Origin: Camelus dromedarius
Taxonomy: Eukaryota
Reading direction: 5' to 3'
DNA length: 64,000 bases
NCBI RefSeq assembly: GCF_036321535.1
Contig: NC_087437.1
Coordinates: forward strand, 66,404,001 to 66,468,000
Shown here: positions 1-9,985 of the stretch, piece by piece
How positions within the stretch are numbered: position 1 is the first letter of the stretch
Layout of the letters: each line of letters starts with the position of its first letter
Made by a program: the position numbers and the translations under genes
The notes under the pieces: generated by a model
What the model was told of the DNA's origin: nothing
The model's input: only the letters and a program-made list of their open reading frames with translations
Database searches by the model: none

Positions 1-1554
1 GACAAATTTCAAGATATCTTGTGGGGCACAGGATAGGGTTGATGGTGGATTGAAAAAGAAGGTAAAACCCTTTTTTTTTTTTTTTTACTTATTTGTGTTT
101 TAAAACACATATCTTTTTATGTAATCAGTGCTCTGCTGGATACCATCAAGGATGCAAAAGAACTAAAATATACAGTCTTCCTCTTTGAGAAACTTATAAG
201 TGATAAAACTAACTTAGCTGAATCAAATATGAATACTATATATAATATATAAGCATATACTTGATTTTGTGCTATTGGTGTTCAAAGCTATTTCACATGC
301 TGTAGGTATGATAAGGAAGATCTCCAGTGTGATTGGTAGAGGGGGAAAGGAAGCCTGCTTTAAAGTGACAGAAGGACTAGAGGGGATGGAGGGGCAGGTA
401 CTGTTAAAGGAGGATTTGGATTTGCGTAGGTGTCAATAAAGGCAGGAATTATTGTAGCTTAGGGGACTATCCCTTAAGATAAGGAGGTGTGGATGAAAAG
501 GAAATATTCCTGTATTCTTAACCATTTTATGAATAATGAAAGATTAAATTGGATAAGTGGACATTTGGTAAATCACACTTCTGTGGGGCTGTAATCAGTA
601 ATTGAGGTTAGAGGAAGAAATTACATTGCATAGTTAAATGCTAATATCAGCACATATATGATATTCTTTATGTGTGGTAGAGCTCAGGAAAACTCTTAAG
701 TCTTTATTTGGTGCAGCTGAAATTTTCTGAATGCTAGCTCTGTTGTAGCTAAGGAAAGGATGTTTGTGTTTCTCCTGAATTATGTACTGCACACGAGCAC
801 TTCAGTAGACTTAAATTCTTCCAACTCTTCAACAAATCCATGGCATTGTCTCATTTTAGTCCTCTATTTAGGCTTACACATTGCAAATAATTGTAGATGA
901 CTAATAGATTACTTGAGAGCCAGTATTAGGGTTGCTCTTTAGGAGTGTTCATGGTTTATCAGTTTTTAACACTGGATGTTTGTATTTTGTGTATGACCAG
1001 AGAACAGTGTCTATATTGTACATTTATCACAATGAAAACTTGGGAAGAATAGCTGTTAAGAATAGGCACAGCACTTGCTCTGCATTCTACTTAGATTAAT
1101 TATCTTTGCCTGTGGGCGTTTTTACATTGCTCTGGTCGGTTGTTTAATACAATAGAATTGTTGAGAGCTGGTGCTATGAGATTCAACCACAGGCCTTCAT
1201 ATGGTATATATATATTTAAGGGGCTGGAGATTCAGTCATAACAGTTAGTTCCAGGTTGAAATTTGATATTTGATGGCAAGTCTATATTCTAGGACATGTA
1301 AGGAGAAAATTGCCTCTATCATTTTTGAGTTATCCAAATGCAAATTTATTTTGAATAACTCTTCAGTTAAGGACTCATTTGCATTTGTTCAGTACCACAG
1401 AGACTTCCTTTGTGAAAAAAAATGAATTTTTTTCTCTTAGTTTCTTCTATGGACTAGTATTTGTGATGACAGATTGTTTCAATTTAAGAAAATGAGTTGC
1501 TGCACAGGTGAGGTAGTATTTGAATCACTTAAAAGTTCATGTCAGTGTATTGGT

Positions 1555-1668
1555 TCTTTTCAGTTTTACTTTTCTCTTTTGTTTTCTTTCTTTCTTTTGT
1601 TTATTTATTTCTTTTTTGCTTTGTTCTGTTTTGTTTTATTTATTTCCTTTTGGTTTTAGTTTTTACAG
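1555..1668 (+). repeat. T-rich low-complexity / polypyrimidine tract ending in TTTTACAG
   Basis: About 110 nt of T-rich sequence followed by an acceptor-like AG at 1667-1668. Confidence 0.7.
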
Positions 1669-1720
1669 GGGGTGCTTTGGGCTCTTCATGGCCTTGCTAA
1701 CGTTCTTGGCTGGCCATATT

Positions 1721-1908
1721 TAGTCTGCGCACTAATCGTTAGTCGGCCCAGTTGAGTCTTACTTTGTGCTCTCAGTTTTTTTAGTCTGGTTTTCTATTTT
1801 TGTCCACCTGGTTGTGTTTTAGTTCATGAGAGATATTTATTCTGATGGGCCGGATTTTAATCCGTGTACTAAATTTTAGTCTGCAGACTAAAAGTAATCC
1901 GCGGATTA
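1721..1908. repeat. Array of degenerate 14-bp palindromes
   Basis: tagtctgcgcacta 1721-1734, taatccgtgtacta 1858-1871, tagtctgcagacta 1877-1890 (inside a perfect 20-bp palindrome at 1874-1893), taatccgcggatta 1895-1908. Confidence 0.8.
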
Positions 1909-2331
1909 TTTATTTTTGCAAAATATTTAATTCCCCCACTGGAAACTATCCTAAAAGAATATTAAATTCTCTTAGAATAGCCAAGGGAATTCACAGCTAC
2001 TGGTGAGTTCTGCCATTTTTTGTTCTCAATACCTAGACATAATAGACCCTACTACCTCCCTTGCATATTTGGCTCCGTTGTGCCTAGGTGTTGGTGTACA
2101 TTACTATGCATGTCACCTATAACTGTGACTATCCCTTAGTTGTATTGTTTATTGTATATATTTTTGTTTAGCTTTTGGTGGGTGAATTGGGCATATTTTC
2201 AGATGGAACTGTGTTGAATTTGTAGTGCTCAAAGATACAGAATTTTTTTTCAGTGAGTTTTTCCAAAAAGGAATGTTCTTTATCTTTCCTAAGTAATGGG
2301 TGCAAGGGTATGAGGGGGCAAAGCCCGCAAT

Positions 2332-2459
2332 AGAAAAAGTAAGTTTATACCCGCACTCCTGAGGTGATAATGTCAATTTGCTGAAGAGTCCTAAGATAAT
2401 GAGAATGTCAGTAAATATCTTTTAGCAGGGAAGTCAATCCAAAATGGAGAATAATCCGC
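2332..2459 (+). repeat. Inverted (antisense) copy of 2994-3117; left arm of a predicted long-range RNA duplex over the GSK3B cassette exon
   Basis: 2347-2367 is the exact reverse complement of 3082-3102 (21 nt), and 2428-2444 is the exact reverse complement of 3008-3024 (17 nt). Pairing between them is continuous but imperfect. Confidence 0.93.
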
Positions 2460-3059
2460 GGTGGCCTGATCTTCTTAGCTCACACAAATTGAAAATATCT
2501 GGCTTGAAGTCTATAGTAATATAAATTAAATATATCTGTTACTTTCCTCTCATCACTAAAAAATGTTTATACTGTGTACTGGAATACACTGATAGAGAAA
2601 AATTAGCATATTGGGAATTCATATCTTTAAAAGCAGGCTAATATGCCCCCTCCCAGCCATGTCAATGGACGGTGAATCCGGGTCGTAGAAGACCAGACAC
2701 TTTACTTTGGGAACTTTACTTCTAGATTTCATTTTGATTTTAACTTTTTTTGGTTTTGTATTTTTTTAATAAACTCACTGGCATCGGAACATAATAAACT
2801 AAAATTAAAATGTTTCTTTACTGTGCCTCACCATTGCGCAATCAAATTTTTTTGCATACACTGTGGTGAAATAATTTTTAAAACTTGGACTTGCTACTGT
2901 GGAGACTGATGTTTAAAGTTTATAACTGTATAAACATTTTCTATGTCCCCCCCACACCATGGATTTCTTATAACATTGGATATATTTTTCCTTGCTGGAC
3001 TATTCTCTTTTGGATTGACTTCCCCTGTTTGGATTATTTCACTGCATTCTCATCTTTAG

Positions 3060-3098
3060 GATTCGTCAGGAACAGGACATTTCACCTCAGGAGTGCGG
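3060..3098 (+). CDS. GSK3B: GSK3B 39-nt cassette exon (GSK3-beta2 insert; exon 9 of 12 in human numbering, also called 8b), DSSGTGHFTSGVR
   Basis: ctttag|GATTCGTCAGGAACAGGACATTTCACCTCAGGAGTGCGG|gtatgt. 39 nt, phase 0; translates to the known 13-aa kinase-domain insert of the neural isoform. Confidence 0.96.
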
Positions 3099-5010
3099 GT
3101 ATGTACTTAATTTTTTTTTTCCCCAAAATTTCAGGGCAGGTCTATAAAACCAGGGGGACAACTTTTTTTCTGAAAGGTTAAACAGTTATTCATTCTTGAA
3201 ATGTAATAGTAAAAACAACGTAGGTAGCTGTGATTTCTGTTTTCATTCACTGTATGGTATAGGTTTTGCTTATGGTATATTTAGATTGTCAGTCTCGTGA
3301 GTGATTTATTGACATCTAAGCTGAAGTTTAGGAGTTGTAGAGTTTCAGAATTACTATTTTTAAAATAATAAATATTGACAAAAATCCACAGAACCAAAGA
3401 TTGAGTGTTAAGCAATTTAAATAAGTAAGGAATGAAACAGCAGCAGAAACTTCTTTATTAAAAACCAGATCTCAGTAGTTACTAGTTTCCTTTTCTTCAG
3501 ACACAAAGATGATTCAAAAGAGCTGTTTCTATTTTGGCCTGTAAGTTTTGGAAGTTACATGCTACCACAACGTGTCTTATGGTCAGTAATCTGGACTTTG
3601 GGAAGATTGGGTTTTGACCCCACATAATTTTCCACTTAACCTTTATCTGTAGAGTACTGAACCAAGGGTTTTCTCATCAGGAATCTCTCAGAGTTTAAAG
3701 TAATAATGGATGTGTTTTTAAAAGGCAGGTTAAGTCTTGATTTTAAGGTAGGCTCTTGGAATGAATTCTTTTCTTTATTGTTTTTGACTCTTTGATTCCA
3801 TGAGTTAGGATTTCCTTGCAAAAATAAGCTAATATATGTCTTAGTACCAATATGAATGGTCACTTGTTGCTACTAAGAAACCAAAAAGATATGGATTTTT
3901 TTTTCATAATCAGAAATATGCTTACAGTACTGGTTTATTAGTAGCCTTACCAGAAAATCTTCATTAATATAACACGAATTTTTTTCATTTAAAATACACT
4001 CACTGTTCGGCTACCCTACATTTGAATTTAGGAGATAGTTGTTTCTGCTTCTGGTGGTGGTACCTTTAATTCTACCTTATATGCTCCCATATTGGTGCAG
4101 AAACATTTTGATTAGACTAGCTGGCAAAATAAATCCATATGCTGTCAAATAAGTGCGAACTGCCCTGAGAGAGAAGATATGTCGGTAGTACTTAATATTT
4201 TCATGAAAATTTTTCTAAATGTTTGCACTGATTATTTTCTTTTACGTTCTAAGTTTGATTATGGACCTGTCTGGGGAGCAAGAGTGGGGGAAATGACCAA
4301 TAACAGTGGAAGATCTAAACATTTCAAATAATATAACAACTTAGCTCCTTGAATGAGGCAAGTCAGATCACTCAAAAGAATAAAGACAGAGCAGGTTTTG
4401 ACCTTACAGAGAGGGTTTTCTAACATTGCCAAATAAATTGACTAAGGCTTTTAATGTTTTGAAATAAGTTTCTGATAGTCTACTCAAATCAATTTCTCAG
4501 TGTCCATGGAAAACATCTTTACTAATAATAAACTTTGTGTAAAAACAAAAGAAAAAAATTTTCACTGTAGAAAGTAAGTACTCTTATAAATAGTATCTTA
4601 AAATCTAATGAGTTCTGTGGTAGTAACTGGTTCTCCTGCTTTCAGCCTAGGTGAACAGCCAGATGTTACATGAGCCTTTCTCATTAGGAAACTTTAGCCT
4701 CTCAGGCTCCTCGGTGCCTTGTCACGGTCTACGTGTCCTTTCCTCACTTGTGGATCTGTTTCCCTCCATTCTTACACATCTGTTTCTCTGTGTGTCTCTT
4801 TATCCCTATTACCACCACTGTCACACCTTCTATTTGATTCTGTATTCTTCCTATCAAGGCATGTATGTTTCATTTTTCTTCAGTTTCAGAGGCTTTCTAT
4901 CCATCTGCTTATGTTTATTTCTATTCTTCCCCTTTCTGCTTTTATTCTTTAACTGTCCATAATTTAGAACTCAGTATATTTTTTCATAGTTTTATGTATT
5001 TATTAGGAGG

Positions 5011-5074
5011 TTTTTTTTAACATTTTTTATTGATTTATAATCATTTTACAATGTTGTGTCAAATTCCAGTGTTC
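5011..5074 (-). mobile_element. Young 5'-truncated L1 3' end (64 bp)
   Basis: Poly-T plus L1 3' terminus, flanked by TSD tattaggag (5001-5009, 5075-5083). 57 bp are identical to the reverse complement of 9344-9400. Confidence 0.85.
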
Positions 5075-5891
5075 TATTAGGAGTTTTAAGACGTAAAGTG
5101 AGTAGGATTCTTTTTAGTCTTTTAAACAAATTTATTTGTATTTTGCTTCAGTATAGCTTTCAGTTTACTTTTCCTGTGAGTTAATGGCTCTTAATGAAAA
5201 ACACATTTGTTTCTTCCTGGTTAAAACCCTAGGACATTTCAAATGAGGGTAAACTGGCCATATTCATGATAACAGTTCCTGAGAAAACAGTTTGGGACAT
5301 TTTGTAAAGTTCTGAGTATTCAAGAATTTCTTCAAATAATGATAGGCTCTGTTTATTGAAGAGCTAATACCAAATCATTAACATCTATAGACCTAGAGTA
5401 AACAGGTTTTCTTTTTTAAAAGAAATTAATTGCCAAATTTAAACAGTGCTATCCATTATCAACAGTTATTCTGCTAAAAACTTACACAAAAGAAACATTT
5501 TATCCACTGCCACAGCAGTCAAAACTTTAAAATTAATTTTATATTCTTCTAGTTGTGCTTGCCTCCAGGACCCAGGCTTGCTTTTGTGCCTGTCATATTT
5601 TATGTGCATGTTTGATTTTACTGCTTTATGATTAGTATACATAGATTTTTTTTTTTTTTTTACCATTTCCTCTAGTTTCCTCCCTGAGCTTTTCTCATAT
5701 AGTTTTTAATTAGCAGTTCACCACAGTGTGGTAAATCATGTGTAGTTAACTCCTTTTGATTCTAGAAGTTTCCTTTCACAAATTCAACCATAATTTTGTA
5801 TGTGGTAGGAATTAACTCAGTACTCAGAGGATAATTTGCTAAGATTCTTACAATAAAACATTAACTGTACTTTCTCTTTTTTATACTGTAG

Positions 5892-6086
<195 letters not shown>

Positions 6087-7109
6087 TAACACTTAGCTCT
6101 TCTACCATTTCTGGGAAAGGTACATATGTGTGTGAAGTGACACTCTATTAATTAAAATCTATATGGGATAAAAGTGGGCATATTAAATACTTGTGTAGGT
6201 AGGAACCATCTAACCACTTATTAGGCTACCACTTGTATGGTTTTGTACAAAATAGTGGCAGGTAAATTTTTTCAAAAAGCATATCCTCTAATTTTTAGTA
6301 GATTATGAGTCTTCTCATGTGAGAAGTTATAGAGATTTCACTGAGTGAGATTTATCACTAACAAGACTAATTAACAACTAATTAAAGGCTAATTTAACCT
6401 TCAGATTTGTATCTGAAACTTAGACTATTAAAATTTCTTGCTTCCCAAGGATTTATATCAAGTTTTTTAAACTTGAAAATAAATTGGTGTCTATATTTTT
6501 GTAAATTTAAATAAACAAACGGGGACAACTGGAGTCCTATAAATCCCCTCTTAAAATGTATTAAAAGGATGTAGAAGAGAAATTCTCATCCCTTCTGGGG
6601 CTTGGCATCACTGCTGCTGCTGAGAAAACATTGATAATAAAACTGAGTCTGTGCATTGGTGGTTTCTGAAAAGCTCAGGGATAGTCATTTCTTCACCATT
6701 TCTGTGTTCATTTTTCATTCATTCATCAGCCACACTGGCTCTGATGATGTGATTTTTCTTCTTCAACTGAGCATTGAAAGTGTACAATTCCCTGTAGATA
6801 AAACAAGCAATAAATAGATTGCTTAAGCAATAAACAGAGAGCTCTGTGTGATCAGGAAATAGATATATTTCCTTTATTACAAGGCAGATTTTCCCCCCAT
6901 ATTTAAACTTTTCTAAAATTGAATGTGGAAAAAATTGCATTGTTTAAGCTGTAGATTTGGAAGACCTGAGTTGCTGGTAAAATAGCTGGATGATTCAGTT
7001 GACTGTAATCTTCAGCTGTCAATATTAACTATGTAACTTCAAGCAATGCTGATGGAATCTACACTCATAAAAGAAAAATGTTCAAATATCCTGAAACTAT
7101 CAATTTTGA

Positions 7110-7620
7110 CTATTTAGGGCTGATCAGAAATCATTTGGAACGTTGTTTTAGGTCCTGGCTGTGCCTCTTTAAGAAGAACATTAATGAATGACAGGTAGAG
7201 TATACAAAGGAGCAGAATTGAATATAGGGCCTGGAAAAGTGAAGATGTAAGGGACTCCTGAGAGCTGTCTAAAAATACCACAAAGACAGTCTTCTAAAGA
7301 AAAGAATAGATGTATGTTCTTTCTCCACATTGTGAAATGAAAATAGTAGCAAAATTAGAGAGCAGTACCTATTTGAGCTTATTGTAAAGACCTCAGCCCC
7401 TGGCATAAATAGAGACTGAATAAAATTGTTGATAAGTAAATGAAGAATTTATAGTTGGTAACAGTGGAACAAATTGTTTGTAAAATATTGATCTCTGTAT
7501 CAGGAAAAGGCTGGAAGGCATTACAATTCATAAATAAGATTATTCTAGTTTGGCAGAAGGTTAGACTGAGAGAAGGTGAGATCTTTTGGGCCTCTTCTAG
7601 AACAGAGATTCTTTGATTCC
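7110..7620 (+). mobile_element. Ancient CR1/L3-like LINE 3' fragment
   Basis: Degraded resemblance to the L3 3' consensus; boundaries approximate. Confidence 0.4.
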
Positions 7621-7708
7621 ATGTCATGTAAGTTTTAGACCTCTTGAGAAAATAAATTTTATTTTTAATTCTTACTGCTTTTGTTTTAATCAAGAATAGT
7701 ACATATAG

Positions 7709-7840
7709 GGGGAGGGTATAGCTCAGTGGTAGAGTGCATACCTAGCATGCATGAGGTCCTGGGTTCAGTTCCCAGTACCTCTACTAAACAAATAAACCTA
7801 ATTACCTCCCCTCACTGAAAAAAAAAAAAAAAATTAAAAA
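7709..7840 (+). mobile_element. tRNA-derived SINE (camelid Vic-1-like)
   Basis: GGGGAGGGTATAGCTCAGTGGTAGAG A-box, GGTTCAGTTCCC B-box, A tail. 17-bp TSD aagaatagtacatatag 7692-7708 / aagaatagtacgtatag 7841-7857. Confidence 0.9.
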
Positions 7841-9126
7841 AAGAATAGTACGTATAGATGGAAGAAAATGTTGAAAAGACGGAGGAAGAATAGAGAAAAT
7901 TAAAATCATAATCCCAGAATAGTTACTTTCAGCATTCAAAATAATCACTTTTAGCATTTTATGGTGTAGCTCTTTTCAATCTTTTTTCTGATGAATGTGC
8001 TGATAATCATTTAATGTAAAGTGATCCTCTATTTCCCATTTAGAAGATCTCAAAAGGGTTCTTTTTTATTAACTTGACTATATTTAAAATTATATATTAA
8101 ATAAAATTAATACTAAATTAGGGATTTTTTTTAATCTTAAATTTCATAAAATAATTTTATTCAGACTCTTTACATGCATCTTTTACATCTATGTCTTTGT
8201 AATCAATAGAGGTACTTTTTGAACCATCTATATATGTATAGTTTTTTAGGTTCCATCACCTAACTTTTTTGATATGAAGCACTTTTTGAATCTATATGAA
8301 GCTGTTGATGGAAATTCTTCATGTACCCATTTATATAACATAGTACATTTTTTTCCTTTTGTACTGTTAGGTATAATGTTTATTGTCTGCACAGTGTAAT
8401 TATTTACTTGATTGCTTTTTAAAGTGGGTCTCTAAAAGGCTTTTTATACAGTGACATCCAGCACTTGCAACTGTGGAGTATTGACATCAGAAACTACTAA
8501 GTCAATGCTAAATTTCTTTCCCTCTTTTCCTATCACTTCTGTTAGGTGACTTTAAAGTTTCCCAAACTTTGAAGAAAACTTTGAGGTTTTTTTCACACTA
8601 AGTATCTTCAGTACTTTGTTTCTCAGAATATACAAATCAGGAAAGCCGCTTGTCAAGTGAGCAACTTGGTACAAACACAAATGCATACAAGATGATACTT
8701 AGGATGGATAGTTTGGAGAATGATTCTCCTTAAATTGAGGCATATTTTGATACATATTCTTCAATGTGTGTATGTACCTATATGTGTTGATCAAAACTGA
8801 GATACTAGTAAACCTTTTATTTGGTCAGGTTTTAAAATTCAGAATTCAGTTTCGCTATTCACATGCATCATTTTTGAAGTAATTACATTTGATTCTTTAG
8901 TCACCAGCTAATAATTTCCCATTATTACTGAAGAAAATAAAATGTAAAACAACTAAACTTATTATTGTATAAATTTCTAAGCTTTTTAAAAACTGAGATA
9001 AAATTCACATAAGGTCTGAATCCTTGTAAACAATTCATTGGTGTTCAGTACATTCAGAGTGCTGTGCAGCCACCAACTCTCTCAAATTCCAAAACATTTT
9101 CATTTCTCCTAAAGAAAACTCTATAC

Positions 9127-9410
9127 AGGACAGAAATAGACTCATAGACAGAGAATACAGACTTGTGGTTGCCAGGGGGGTGGAGGGTGGGAAGGGATAG
9201 ACTGGGATTTCAGAATTGTAGAATAGATAAACAAGATTATACTGTATAGCACAGGGAAATATACACAAAACATTATGGTAGCTCACAGAGAAAAAAATGT
9301 GACAATGAGTGTGTATGTCCATGTATGACTGAAAAATTTTACTGAACACTGGAATTTGACACAACATTGTAAAATGATTATAAATCAATAAAAAATGTTA
9401 GGAAAAAAAA
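9127..9410 (+). mobile_element. Young lineage-specific L1 3' end
   Basis: L1 3'UTR motifs (gaaatagactcatagac...actgtatagcacaggg) and an A tail. Perfect 16-bp TSD aaagaaaactctatac at 9111-9126 and 9411-9426. Confidence 0.9.
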
Positions 9411-9652
9411 AAAGAAAACTCTATACCCATCAGTTTGCATTAACCTCTCCTCCAGAGCCCCTGGCAACCACCAGTCTACTTTCTGCCTATTGATTTTCCT
9501 ATTCTAGATATTTCTTATAATGGAATCTATATGTGACCTTTTGTGTTTGGCTTCTTTCAGTTCACTTTGCATGTTTTCAAGGTTTGTCCATGTTGTAACA
9601 TGTTACCAGTATTTCATTCCTTTTTATGGCAGAATAATATTTTACTGTATCA

Positions 9653-9985
9653 TGTCTTAATCAGTTCAGGCTACTATAACAAAATACCATAGACTGGGTG
9701 GCATAAACAATAAAGATTTATTTCTCACAGTTCTGGAGGCTGAGGAGTTTAAGACCAATGTGCTGACAAATTCGATGTTTGGTGAGAGACCACTTCCTGG
9801 TTTGCAGATGGCTCCTTTCTTATTCATATGGTGGAGAGAGATCACCTCTCTTGTGTCTCTTCTTATAAGACCATTAATCCCATTCATGAGGCTCTGCCCT
9901 CATGACCTAATTACCTCCCAAAGACTCCACCTCCAAATACCATCACACTGGGGACTAGGGGGACAGAAACATTCAGTCCATAGCA
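9653..9985 (-). mobile_element. MaLR solo LTR (MLT1A-like)
   Basis: TG...CA ends; ctataacaaaataccatagactgggtggc, ctcacagttctggaggctg, acattcagtccatagca. Confidence 0.8.

Noticed and set aside
1721..1908. CRISPR-like interpretation of the spaced palindromes
   Set aside because: Mammalian intron, degenerate repeats, 4-5 nt spacers and no cas genes.
2038..3274. Additional short pairing 2038-2056 with 3256-3274
   Set aside because: Bulged, G-U-rich and crossing other helices. It illustrates the chance background for by-eye matches.
7709..7785. tRNA-like sequence (also 14195-14275 and 25887-25962)
   Set aside because: A tails, TSDs and multiple diverged copies show these are tRNA-derived SINEs, not tRNA genes.
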